Assembly (NCBI GenBank): GCA_963719505.1
Contig: CAVRCF010000005.1
Location: forward strand, 576,001-640,000
Direction of reading: 5' to 3'
Source: Halobacteriovoraceae bacterium
GTDB lineage: Bacteria > Bdellovibrionota > Bacteriovoracia > Bacteriovoracales > Bacteriovoracaceae
DNA: 64,000 nucleotides
Of the stretch, positions 29,893 to 39,615 are shown one piece after another (position 1 is the first letter of the stretch; each line of letters opens with the position of its first letter). Made by a program: the position numbers and the translations under genes. The notes under the pieces are model-generated. The model saw only the letters and a program-made list of their open reading frames with translations. It searched no databases and was not told where the DNA came from.

Positions 29893-32236
29893 TAATGAAA
29901 ATCGGCAACATCAAAAAGATAGCTCCCACAATATAAGGTGTTACAGAGCCGTATTTCCAATAAAGTAGACTCGCCACTATTGGGCCAAAAACTCTTCCTA
30001 AAGACCCCAATGATCTAAAGACACCTAAACTTTGTCCTTGGCTCTCCATCGGAGTGTAGAGGGAAACGAGACTGGTCAATGTTGGGATTGCCATTGCCGA
30101 TCCGGTCGCGAGGAAAAAGAGCCCTACGTATAATAAGAACGATGAGTTCGCAAAAGCGATAAACAATAATCCAGGAATAATAAACCCAAGCCCACGCAAG
30201 GCCATACTTTTTTCTCCAATGATATTGGCCTTTCGTCTCACGTATCCACCTTGAACGAAGGCCAAGATAAGTCCGATAAAAATAAACATATAGGCATTGT
30301 CCATGGAGCTATAACCCAGTCTCTCCAGTGCTAGAAAAGTTAGGGTAAATTCCATTCCCGAAAAAGCAGCTATGAAAAAGAAGTATGCATAGTTGGTGAG
30401 ATTAACTTCTCTATAAGGCAGAGGTTTAAAAAGTTTTAGAGGATTGGCACTCCTTTGATGAGACTCAATATTTGATCTGTTCTCTTTTGGTAAAGTTTCT
30501 TTAAAACTTTTCATAATGAAAATGAGATTGATTAAAGAGAGAACGGCTGCGAATAATGCAGGCATAGAAAATGGATTGATTCCAAAAGACTCCAGACTTG
30601 GGTAGAGTTCGCTCAAATTCACTAAGCTCAATAGACCACCAATTGCTGGACCAAAAATAAACCCTAAAGCAAAGGCAATTCCTACAAACGCCATCCCTTT
30701 AGACCGATTGGAACGATCAGTAACATCGGCGACTGCGGCAGTTGCAGCTGAAATATTCCCACCCATGAGCCCTCCGATAACACGAGCAATAATAAGTAGA
30801 GTGAAAGATCCAGAGAAAAACCACAGGACATAGCTGACAAAAAGACCAAAAACAGAAATGACCAAAATGGGCTTTCGACCATACTTATCAGACAAGGACC
30901 CCCAAAAAGGTGCCGCAACAAATTGAAGAACTGAATAAAGTGCGCCTAATATTCCACCAAAAAGAACAATAGAACTTATGGTGGATCCACCAATACTAGC
31001 AAAGGCATTTAATGCTCCGAATAGGTTTTGCAAAAGAAAATTATCGGAATCCGTTCTCAAGTAATATTCCGCTAAAGACGGAAAGAGAGGAAAAATAATA
31101 GAGAAGCCAATTAAATCTAAAAAGAGAGTCAAAAAGACAATCTTAACTGTAGACTTTGCCTCTTTACCCAGAGGAGGTGACTTTTGAACCTGTTCAGGAA
31201 TTTCTTCTCGCAGTTTTTTCTTGTCTGTCTGGTAAAAAAGCTCCCCTAGATCCTTCTTCGAGGAGTTAACTAAGGTGTTTATATAATGGGCGTATCCTCG
31301 AGCCCAGTCTTCATCGCTGTTGAGGCAAGGAACAAAAACGGTGTGACATCCATGCTCTTCTAAATCTTCTTTTAGTTCATTACCAATTTCATCTGTTGTC
31401 TCCAGACAATCCACAACAAAACTTGGGCAATAAAATGCAATGCTCTTTGCTCCAGCCTTAGCTAGATCAATGGCGAATTCATCTGTCGCAGGCCCAAGCC
31501 ACTGCTCGCTACCAAAGCGGCTTTGAAAACAAAAGTGAATTTTTGATTTATCAAAATTGAGCTGATCTCTTAAAAGGACAAATGTTTCATAACAATGAAA
31601 ATAGTACTCGTCTTTTTTTTGAAGAACTCTTCTTAGAGGAATTCCGTGAAATGAGATAACGAGTTCAACTGGTTTCTCACGATCAAGATGTTCTTGTACC
31701 TTTTTGGCCCCAAGGTCGATGAAGGCTTTAAGGCGATGATAATTTGAGATGAGCTCAAAATCCGGAATATTAACCGCTTTTGCAAAAGTTGCTCCCACAG
31801 TGTCGACGACACTGGCGATCGTTGACTCTGAATACTGAGGAAACTGAGGTAAAACCACCAAACGGCTGGCCCTTTCATCAAAGTCCTCTTCCTCCCATGT
31901 TTTAAAAAGCGTTGGAACTCGAGGCTCTGTAAGAAGAAAACCATAGTTAATCTCTATATTGTCATCTAAGTATTTTTCGACCTCTAAGGCGAATAACCTG
32001 GTATTTTCAACAAGAGGAAACTTTTCTCCATCCCATATCCTACCGTATGCCTCTCCACTTTTCTTGGGCCTAAAAGGCAACACAAAAAGGTTGAGAATAA
32101 TCCACCACAACGCTCGTGGGAGATCAACAACTCTGGGGTCCCCTAAGAACTCTTTAAGGTACTTCCTCACATCTTTAGTGTTCGGAGTTTCCGGAGAACC
32201 TAGCTGACCGATGACGACTTTAACTTTACTATACAT
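29861..32236 (-). CDS. hemH: Ferrochelatase fused to a DHA1/TetA-like MFS transporter
   Basis: N-half: QLGSPE, YLKEFLGDPRVV, PQFPQYS, SFHGIP, FQSRFG..WLGP, FVVDCLETTDEI, PCLN. C-half: LDLIGFSIIFP, GSLSDKYGRKP, RVIGG, GFIFGPAIGG, SLGRVFGP. Confidence 0.9.
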   Translation of the reverse strand: MYSKVKVVIGQLGSPETPNTKDVRKYLKEFLGDPRVVDLPRALWWIILNLFVLPFRPKKSGEAYGRIWDGEKFPLVENTRLFALEVEKYLDDNIEINYGFLLTEPRVPTLFKTWEEEDFDERASRLVVLPQFPQYSESTIASVVDTVGATFAKAVNIPDFELISNYHRLKAFIDLGAKKVQEHLDREKPVELVISFHGIPLRRVLQKKDEYYFHCYETFVLLRDQLNFDKSKIHFCFQSRFGSEQWLGPATDEFAIDLAKAGAKSIAFYCPSFVVDCLETTDEIGNELKEDLEEHGCHTVFVPCLNSDEDWARGYAHYINTLVNSSKKDLGELFYQTDKKKLREEIPEQVQKSPPLGKEAKSTVKIVFLTLFLDLIGFSIIFPLFPSLAEYYLRTDSDNFLLQNLFGALNAFASIGGSTISSIVLFGGILGALYSVLQFVAAPFWGSLSDKYGRKPILVISVFGLFVSYVLWFFSGSFTLLIIARVIGGLMGGNISAATAAVADVTDRSNRSKGMAFVGIAFALGFIFGPAIGGLLSLVNLSELYPSLESFGINPFSMPALFAAVLSLINLIFIMKSFKETLPKENRSNIESHQRSANPLKLFKPLPYREVNLTNYAYFFFIAAFSGMEFTLTFLALERLGYSSMDNAYMFIFIGLILAFVQGGYVRRKANIIGEKSMALRGLGFIIPGLLFIAFANSSFLLYVGLFFLATGSAMAIPTLTSLVSLYTPMESQGQSLGVFRSLGSLGRVFGPIVASLLYWKYGSVTPYIVGAIFLMLPIFIISKIPKRKEV

Positions 32237-32365
32237 GACAATACCGATGGTCTCCCTAAAGGGCCTAACCAATTGATTTTTATTATTTAACAAGTAGTTT
32301 TCTTTTTACACAAATTGTTATAAACAACAAAGAAAAAAATATAAACAAAGACTATACGAGTTATT

Positions 32366-32887
32366 ATGCCACGCAAAAAAGACCATTCGAGAAAAGAATC
32401 TGAACTTAAGACTGTCACCCTTCTTGGGAGTAACACCAACGAGTATAAGCAGGACTACGACCCTTCAATTTTAGAGTCATTTCCCAATAAGAATCCAACT
32501 TCTGAAGCATGGACGACGTTTATCTGTACTGAGTTCACTTCTCTTTGCCCAAAAACAGGACAGCCTGACTTTGCAAAGATTTATATCAATTATATCGCTG
32601 ATAAAAAAATGGTCGAAAGTAAATCTATGAAGCTTTATCTTTTTAGCTTTAGAAACCACGGTGATTTTCATGAAGACTGCATTCAAAAAATATGTAATGA
32701 TTTAACAAAACTGATGAAGCCAAAGTATATTGAAGTGATTGGAGAATTTACTCCAAGAGGTGGAATTGCTATTTTTCCATTCTCACAAGCTTCAAATGCT
32801 CAGGCAAAATTTAAAAAACTTAAAGAGACTCGCATGGCCAACTATTCTCCAGGAAGATATTCCATGGATCTAGCCCGACTCTATTAG
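32366..32887 (+). CDS. queF: NADPH-dependent preQ0 reductase (type I)
   Basis: EFTSLCPKTGQPDFA, VESKSMKLYL, FHEDC, FTPRGGI. Confidence 0.96.
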   Translation: MPRKKDHSRKESELKTVTLLGSNTNEYKQDYDPSILESFPNKNPTSEAWTTFICTEFTSLCPKTGQPDFAKIYINYIADKKMVESKSMKLYLFSFRNHGDFHEDCIQKICNDLTKLMKPKYIEVIGEFTPRGGIAIFPFSQASNAQAKFKKLKETRMANYSPGRYSMDLARLY

Positions 32888-32898
32888 AAAGGAATAAA

Positions 32899-33090
32899 AT
32901 GTTTGGATTAGGAACTACTGAATTAATCGTTATCGCATTTGTCATCGTTCTTCTTTTTGGAGGAAAAAAACTTCCTCAGTTAGGGCGATCTTTTGGTTCT
33001 GCAATAACTAACTTTAAGAAAGGCTTAAATGAGTCCGAAAAAGAAGAAAGTAAAAGCGAAGACTCAAAAGAGACGAACAAAGAATCTTAA
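32899..33090 (+). CDS. tatA: Twin-arginine translocase TatA/E
   Basis: LLFGGKKLPQLGRSFG...NFKKG. Confidence 0.93.
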   Translation: MFGLGTTELIVIAFVIVLLFGGKKLPQLGRSFGSAITNFKKGLNESEKEESKSEDSKETNKES

Positions 33091-34572
33091 TTACTTCTTA
33101 AAGTAGTCCACCGCAGCTCTTACTATAGATTCATTAGAGCTGCCCTTTACCTTAGCTTTATCAAAAATAAACCGCGCCACTTCATCATAAACTCCCTCAA
33201 TATTTTCCATGGCAAGAAGCCTTAGTGTGTACCTAGTAGCTCGATCGATAAGCTTGTAATTAGCCGGTTTTACCCAAGTCATGACATTTGATTCATACCT
33301 ATTGAGCCTTCCCATAATAAGTGTCGAAAGCGTATTGAGAAGAAGTTTTAACTGTATATGACTTAAAAGGAGATCATTACTGACTTTAACCTTACTTTCC
33401 AAATCATTTATTTTAAACACAAGTTCTCCCTCTTGCTCAATAATAGAAAAGACAGATCTTGTTTTTCGTCTATCAATAGCATTTTGGGAAATATCAAATT
33501 TTAAAATATTGTGAACACTTATACTACTAAAGTCACTTCCCCATTCAAGTTCTCTCAGATCTCGCTGAAGCATTTTTTGCCAGGCCTCCACACTTGAGTG
33601 GGTGTTTGCAACGGCAAGATAGCTTAAAGCTTGATATTCATCATCAGAGGACTCAAATGGTGGAAGATTGAAAGTGGGGCTCCTTTCAGTCGTATCGGTA
33701 AGGACACTTATGGCGTATCTTTCACTAGAGTTATAGGTAATCTTTCGACCCTCTATATATTCACTGGATTCTGCAATAATGAATTCTTCTAAAAATTGAT
33801 ACTTCAAATTCTTAAAACTCTCAATAGACTCCAAAAAGTATCTGCTAAATTGAGTTTCATCTTCAAATTGTTTTAATGCCAGGATTCCTGTGACAAACAT
33901 TTGAACTGAGGTCGCCTGCATTCTAGTCGATCCACTCAATGCCATAGGTCCTATTGTTAAATTAACAGTTGTGACTTTCTTATTATCCAAAATCATGTTG
34001 AATCGATCAAGTGTCTTTAGCTGTTCATCTGGATTGCAGTAAAGAAAGAATGATTGATTACTTCCAAGCTTCGCAGCTTCAAGTGCTGCTCCAATAACAA
34101 AGCTTGTTTCTCCACCCTCAGTCACGGCCAATAGAACATCACCATCTTTGAAGCCCAGATCCTTGAGTTGCCTTTTGCCGTATTCCATTTTGTCTTCGAA
34201 ACTCTCCACCGACTTTATAAGAGCAAAGTCTCCTCCGGCCATGAAACTGACTATATTATTTTTGCCTGAAAAACGTCCAATTGTTTCGATGGCCAGTGCT
34301 AACCGACCGGTCGCACCACAACCACAAATGAAAATCTTTGAACTCTCTTGCAAAGAACTTTGAACTTGCTGATAGACATCAAAAATTTTTCTTTCTAAGT
34401 TTAAAAGAAAGTTGAAAGCATCGTGATCAACTTCTTTTAACGTCGCAATAGCTTTTGGTAAATTTTCTTTAGAGTCTTTTGAGAGATTAATTGTTTTTGG
34501 ATGAAAGCTTTCGGTCGTAAGGTTACCTAAAGTGAATTGATTTTTGTTTTGTAAAAATTCTTCGAAGTTCAT
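33091..34572 (-). CDS. MurQ/glucokinase-regulatory-protein-like SIS-domain protein
   Basis: GCGATGRLA, AGGDFAL..SVE.FED, GSTRMQA, NYKLIDRA. Confidence 0.8.
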   Translation of the reverse strand: MNFEEFLQNKNQFTLGNLTTESFHPKTINLSKDSKENLPKAIATLKEVDHDAFNFLLNLERKIFDVYQQVQSSLQESSKIFICGCGATGRLALAIETIGRFSGKNNIVSFMAGGDFALIKSVESFEDKMEYGKRQLKDLGFKDGDVLLAVTEGGETSFVIGAALEAAKLGSNQSFFLYCNPDEQLKTLDRFNMILDNKKVTTVNLTIGPMALSGSTRMQATSVQMFVTGILALKQFEDETQFSRYFLESIESFKNLKYQFLEEFIIAESSEYIEGRKITYNSSERYAISVLTDTTERSPTFNLPPFESSDDEYQALSYLAVANTHSSVEAWQKMLQRDLRELEWGSDFSSISVHNILKFDISQNAIDRRKTRSVFSIIEQEGELVFKINDLESKVKVSNDLLLSHIQLKLLLNTLSTLIMGRLNRYESNVMTWVKPANYKLIDRATRYTLRLLAMENIEGVYDEVARFIFDKAKVKGSSNESIVRAAVDYFKK

Positions 34573-34608
34573 TTAGATTCTTTATCATACACCTTTAAAA
34601 AAGGGCAT

Positions 34609-34688
34609 AAAAAAAGGGGAGCTCCTGCACTGCTCCCCCTCTTCTCTTCGGCATCCTTGCCTTCTCGAGTAACTTCCTGTCACTCACA
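34609..34688 (-). ncRNA. Candidate CsrA/RsmA-titrating small RNA (about 80 nt)
   Basis: TATACT -10 box at 34694-34699, then hairpins GAGUGAC-AGGAA-GUUACUC, GGCA-AGGA-UGCC and terminator GGGGAGC-AGUGCAGGA-GCUCCCC-U7. Confidence 0.65.
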
Positions 34689-34910
34689 CTTATAGTATAA
34701 CCACATATGAAACTGAAAAAAAGAAGTTTTTTTATTAGGTAACAATTTCCTGTGGTTTCCTTTTGATACCACTGACGAGCTCTGTCGGTTATTGGTATAA
34801 AATATGTTTAATGTAAGCTAATGTAACGAACTACTACTTTACTTGTTGTTGATTATTAAACTTTGTAGGATAATTATTCAACATAACTTAATAAAATCAG
34901 GAGATAAAAA

Positions 34911-35252
34911 GTGTTTCAGTCTGTTTTAGACCTTTTTAAAAAAAAGTCCAAATACCATGCGATCCGAACCTTTACCTATTTTGTTCCAGCACCTCCAAAT
35001 AGAAAAACAGGCTACCAAGAAAAAGAGTTTGATCAGATTAGCGATCACCTGAGGAGTAAAAATTTCGATATCATAGATATAAAAATGGAAGCATTTGCAA
35101 GTTCAACATCAGCTGGAATGTGGATACTCTGTCTTTTAGGTGCAAAATCCTCTGAAGCTGCTTCAATGGCCCTTGAGTTTGAATACAGCGAGATCGCATC
35201 TCAAAAAGAACAGTATATCCACACTGACCCACTTATTGAACATGATCATTAA
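34911..35252 (+). CDS. Hypothetical protein
   Basis: AGGAG RBS before GTG; overlaps the next start. Confidence 0.7.
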   Translation: MFQSVLDLFKKKSKYHAIRTFTYFVPAPPNRKTGYQEKEFDQISDHLRSKNFDIIDIKMEAFASSTSAGMWILCLLGAKSSEAASMALEFEYSEIASQKEQYIHTDPLIEHDH

Positions 35253-36453
35253 GCTTCTTCTTCTCTCTTTATTAACAGTCTCATGTTCTCAGTTCGTTAA
35301 TCGCCTGGACGATGATCTGTTCATCGATGAGTCAATTCCCTATAAAGAGGATAACCGAATCAATAGCTGCGAAGAAAACGAAAATGTTCAACTCCTTAGT
35401 CGAAACAAAACCGGGCAGGACAAGTTTTTACAGTTCATAGCTAAAGACAATTACACCTATATTGAGAAAATCATTCTATGGACTTTTGTTCAGATGAATT
35501 TAAACCCTCACCTCTCCTCACCTAGCTCTACAGCTCAAATTATCTTTAATGGTGATGTTTATTTAGAAATCAAAAGTTCTGACTCTATAAAATCTCCGAT
35601 CTTCTATGGACTGCAAAAGCTTTTAACGCTAACTAAAAATAAACGAAGTCTAAAGGATCTCGCTACTATTTTTGACAGAACCTATCCCAATAATTTTTTT
35701 GTTTCACAAAGTTTTTCTGTGTTTCTGAATCAGAACAAAGATCAAATCTTAAAAAATAAAATCTTGAGCCGAAATTTCGTAAGGGCCGAGGATACACTGC
35801 GAGAAAACGAAAGAATCCCCAAGCAAAATTTTTCACTTATCTTGGACAAAAACTTAAAAAATGACCAAAAAGTAGATTCCTTCTCTGATCTGAAGAAATT
35901 TGAAACATACCACTGTAACTTTGATATTAAGGGCTATCTCGAGGGATCATTCTCGCCAAAGGATGAAACCTATAGGTCAAATGTCTTTGGTCTAAAAGTT
36001 GGATCAAATACAACCTTAATCTCTTTGTCATCTAATACTGACAAAATAAAAAACTATGAAAGATCTATTTTTATTGAAGGGGAAGCATCAGATCATAAAA
36101 GTTATGTTTGTATCGATAAGAAAAAAGATAGGACTGTCTGGATTATGGGCTCTGGCAGTAGAGATCCAGCACAGCAAGTAAGCCAGTTTTTAGTTCTGTC
36201 TTCAGGTCAGAGTAAGAAAAAAATCATTAGTGCTCTTAAAGCTCCTCGCTATATTCGTTTAGATGATCCAAAAAGACTTATCTTTGAGTCGGAAAAAGCA
36301 ACTAAAGATGAGATCAATAATCTCCAGGATCTTAAAATCCCTCTTTATAGTACTTCTCAGATTGGAAATATAGCCGCTTATCTTTCATCAAAGCAAACCC
36401 AAACTTTCTTTTTAGATCTTCGAAGCCCTGGAAAGATCCAATGTGGAAAATAG
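35242..36453 (+). CDS. Hypothetical lipoprotein
   Basis: Start at 35242 gives MIIKLLLLSLLTVSC (lipobox). Confidence 0.7.
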   Translation: MIIKLLLLSLLTVSCSQFVNRLDDDLFIDESIPYKEDNRINSCEENENVQLLSRNKTGQDKFLQFIAKDNYTYIEKIILWTFVQMNLNPHLSSPSSTAQIIFNGDVYLEIKSSDSIKSPIFYGLQKLLTLTKNKRSLKDLATIFDRTYPNNFFVSQSFSVFLNQNKDQILKNKILSRNFVRAEDTLRENERIPKQNFSLILDKNLKNDQKVDSFSDLKKFETYHCNFDIKGYLEGSFSPKDETYRSNVFGLKVGSNTTLISLSSNTDKIKNYERSIFIEGEASDHKSYVCIDKKKDRTVWIMGSGSRDPAQQVSQFLVLSSGQSKKKIISALKAPRYIRLDDPKRLIFESEKATKDEINNLQDLKIPLYSTSQIGNIAAYLSSKQTQTFFLDLRSPGKIQCGK

Positions 36454-36674
36454 TTCTCAAAGGAGTTGCTTCAAACAAGAAGTGGCAGTTTGATGCTTGT
36501 GAGTCGGAGATGAAAATGAATCTTCTAGAATTCCTTGAATCTAAGCAAATTCCAATCGCTTCTAGTTGTAGAGGTGAAGGTGTTTGTAAAAAATGTATTT
36601 TTAATGGTTGCCACTTGGCTTGTCAGGTTTCGGTGGAGGAAATAACTGGTGACGTAGATATTGATTATTTATAA
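36441..36674 (+). CDS. 2Fe-2S ferredoxin-like protein
   Basis: SSCRGEGVCKKC...LACQ. Confidence 0.8.
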   Translation: MWKIVLKGVASNKKWQFDACESEMKMNLLEFLESKQIPIASSCRGEGVCKKCIFNGCHLACQVSVEEITGDVDIDYL

Positions 36675-36713
36675 GACCACTTTATAGAAAGTACAAAGTG
36701 GCCTTGAATTGTT

Positions 36714-37433
36714 CTAGTATGCTCTTATTTGACCTTTTCCGTTTATCATAAACTTCTTCGTTGATTTTGTTTCTTTCAGTACTGTTTTCATAGTGTAACT
36801 AATCTGTAGAACTGCCGCAGCGATAGGATCTTCAGTTGTCCCTTGATTTACGATTGATTGCACTTTAAAGTTTGCATCGAGGTTATAGCCCCAACCAACT
36901 TGAACTTCTGTTGCTGATACTTCAGCTCCTGCAATATAGGCACCTGCACCGTCATAGCTTCCACCATAAGAGAAGATCACCATAAACTCAAAAGCAATCA
37001 TCGTTGATCCGAATCCATTTTTTGCAATGACCTTATATTTTTTGGCCTTAGGCATTTGCCAGTTTTCTAGATCAAAAGCACTGATATTAACTCCGCGTTC
37101 ATTCTTTGGAAGAATACTCACTGGCGTCGTGTCTCCAATCGTTACAACTGGTTTACCGGCTTCAATAATTTTATAAACTTCTTTTCCAAAAGCAATTAAC
37201 TGCCTACCAATCATGATGGTGTCGCCAATTCCACCTTTCATAGGTTTTCTTGCCACAAAGCCATCTAGCTCAGAGATGTCTGCATTTGGTAGTACTACAA
37301 GATTGTTGTCTTCATTTACTTCATAAACTTCAATTTGGTTAATTTCATTCATGTCCGATACATTTAAATTGATTGGACTCGCTATTGTTTGTAACGAGAT
37401 ACTAAGCGCCAAAGACGCGATCATTAATTTCAT
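36714..37433 (-). CDS. Secreted hypothetical protein
   Basis: Signal peptide, GGGGA RBS, beta-rich C-terminal half. Confidence 0.75.
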   Translation of the reverse strand: MKLMIASLALSISLQTIASPINLNVSDMNEINQIEVYEVNEDNNLVVLPNADISELDGFVARKPMKGGIGDTIMIGRQLIAFGKEVYKIIEAGKPVVTIGDTTPVSILPKNERGVNISAFDLENWQMPKAKKYKVIAKNGFGSTMIAFEFMVIFSYGGSYDGAGAYIAGAEVSATEVQVGWGYNLDANFKVQSIVNQGTTEDPIAAAVLQISYTMKTVLKETKSTKKFMINGKGQIRAY

Positions 37434-37715
37434 GTTTTCCCCTTTTGAATACTTCCCCAGTAATCTTGTGAGTAATGTTTACCTTTTGAGTCAAGTAAAC
37501 GTCAAGGAGAATTCATTTTTTATTGTCTAAAATAAACTTACACACTCACTGCGTAATTTTTTCATACCCAGCCAATAAGCTTTTAAATTCGGCATCTTAG
37601 CCTATTTACCTGTCAAAACATTATATAAGTCTCTCTAATCCTAAACATTAGGAAATCTTATTCTTTGCTCCAGACGTGAATTGACGTCCTCAGTATTCCA
37701 AATTAATCTGATGGA

Positions 37716-38297
37716 ATGAAATATTTAAGTTTTGACCTTGAGGCGACAGGTCTAGAAGAAGACGCCTTAATTATTGAATTTGCCATGGTTCCATTTTGTG
37801 CGAAAACCAAAACAATTGAGACCTCCTTGGCCCGTGAATTTTATGTGAAATGTCCACCCTTTGAACTATTAGAGCCCCATCTCAACCCGTGGGTGAAAGA
37901 AAATAATAAAACACTTATTATTAAGGCCAACAAAGAAGGTGTTTCACAAGAGAAATTCAAACAAATTTTAGAAGAATATCTTGAAAGTGATGAAATAAAA
38001 AAATACTTTGGAGATGAGAAGATTGTTCTGTTTGGAAAGTCTATAAGTGCTATTGACCTGCCTTTTCTCAATAGAGATTTAGGTTGGGAATGGATGAATA
38101 AACATTTTCACCACAGAAACTTAGACCTTTCTTGTTTCTGTCTCGGTCTTATTGATATGGGCGTTCTCGAAAAAGGCATGGATTCTGGAAATAGTTTAAT
38201 GGAAAAGTTTAAGATGGGTGCTGTTGCCCACACTGCTTTGGATGACTCCATCAATACGGCGAAACTATATTTTAAATTACTTGAAATGAAGTTGTAA
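37716..38297 (+). CDS. DEDDh 3'-5' exonuclease (oligoribonuclease/DnaQ-like)
   Basis: FDLEATG, IDLPFL, HTALDD. Confidence 0.85.
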   Translation: MKYLSFDLEATGLEEDALIIEFAMVPFCAKTKTIETSLAREFYVKCPPFELLEPHLNPWVKENNKTLIIKANKEGVSQEKFKQILEEYLESDEIKKYFGDEKIVLFGKSISAIDLPFLNRDLGWEWMNKHFHHRNLDLSCFCLGLIDMGVLEKGMDSGNSLMEKFKMGAVAHTALDDSINTAKLYFKLLEMKL

Positions 38298-38371
38298 ATT
38301 TTACCTTGCTTTCTAAGTGAGGTGGCCATCTATTTTATATCTTAGTATTCAACAATAACAAAGCTCGTCTC

Positions 38372-38465
38372 TGTGTAGGTTACACATAAAGAGTGTGACT
38401 AAAGTCTAATTACTTTAGTCATATTCTGGGTCATGGGACTTCTCTCTCACAGATCCCATGACCCA
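38372..38465 (+). other. Three tandem stem-loops between convergent genes (terminator and/or sRNA)
   Basis: TGTGTA/TACACA, TGTGACTAAAGT/ACTTTAGTCATA, TGGGTCATGGGA/TCCCATGACCCA. Confidence 0.55.
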
Positions 38466-38471
38466 CATACT

Positions 38472-39539
38472 CTACTTGTTTGTTCCTACGTTATTTAAAT
38501 CTTCAAATGACTTCTTTAATCGAGCGACAAAAGCATCTTCACCTGCTCTTAGCCATTTCCTTGGATCGTAGTATTTTTTATTTGGAATATCATCCCCATC
38601 AGGGTTTCCGATTTGTGCTTGCAGATAACCATGATTTTTTGCTTCGTACTCACGAACACCATCCCAAAAAGCCCACTGCATATCTGTATCAATATTCATT
38701 TTGATCACACCGTACTCAATAGCTTCTTTAATTTCAGAAGGAGTTGAACCAGATCCACCATGAAAAACAAAATTAACTGGATTTTTCTCAAGATTAAATT
38801 TCTTTTCTATATAGTCTTGTGAATTCTTTAAAATAACCGGAGTAAGTTTAACATTTCCTGGTTTGTAAACTCCGTGGACGTTTCCAAAAGATGCTGCGAT
38901 TGTAAAGTTTGGTGAAATCTCATTTAGCTTTTCATAAGAAAAAGAAACCTCTTCTGGTTGAGTGTAGAGTTTCGATGAGTCCACATCACTATTGTCAACA
39001 CCATCTTCTTCTCCCCCAGTAATTCCGAGTTCAATTTCTATATGCATATCAATCTTTGCCATTCTTTCTAAATACTTTGCACAGGTTTCTATATTTTCTT
39101 CTAAACTCTCTTCAGATAAATCGAGCATATGAGATGAGAACAGTGGTTTTCCCGTTTCTTTAAAGAACTTTTCTCCCTCATCTAAAAGACCATCAATCCA
39201 AGGAAGAAGCTTCTTCGCAGCATGGTCGGTGTGTAAAATAACGGGAACGTCATAGACTTTCGCCATTTGATGAACGTGCTTTGCACCAGAGATCGCGCCT
39301 GCAATTGCAGCTTTTTCTGATTCATTACTAACTCCACCACCGGCATAAAATTTAGCACCGCCATTTGAGAATTGAATGATCACTGGAGAATTTAATAATT
39401 TTGCTGTCTCTAAGACACCATTTATAGAACTTGTATTAACAACATTAACCGCCGGTAGAGCAAAGTTGTTTTTATTTGCATATTCATAAACATCTAGAAC
39501 TTCTTTGCCTGTTAATACACCTGAACTGAATCTTCCCAT
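38472..39539 (-). CDS. fbaA: Fructose-bisphosphate aldolase class II
   Basis: FALPAVN, HTDHAAKKLLPWIDG, SSHMLDLSEE, GGEEDG, GNVHGVYKPG, FHGGSG, KYYDPRKWLR; GAGGAG RBS before 39539. Confidence 0.97.
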   Translation of the reverse strand: MGRFSSGVLTGKEVLDVYEYANKNNFALPAVNVVNTSSINGVLETAKLLNSPVIIQFSNGGAKFYAGGGVSNESEKAAIAGAISGAKHVHQMAKVYDVPVILHTDHAAKKLLPWIDGLLDEGEKFFKETGKPLFSSHMLDLSEESLEENIETCAKYLERMAKIDMHIEIELGITGGEEDGVDNSDVDSSKLYTQPEEVSFSYEKLNEISPNFTIAASFGNVHGVYKPGNVKLTPVILKNSQDYIEKKFNLEKNPVNFVFHGGSGSTPSEIKEAIEYGVIKMNIDTDMQWAFWDGVREYEAKNHGYLQAQIGNPDGDDIPNKKYYDPRKWLRAGEDAFVARLKKSFEDLNNVGTNK

Positions 39540-39615
39540 TACAATCTCCTCTAAGTTTAAAACTGAGAATATTGTGCAATAAAAAATTTGATTATTAAAG
39601 ACATGATGTGTTCTA

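Noticed and set aside
29861-31150. Tetracycline-resistance gene
   Set aside because: TetA-like motifs are general to DHA1 transporters; there is no tetR or mobile context, and it is fused to HemH.
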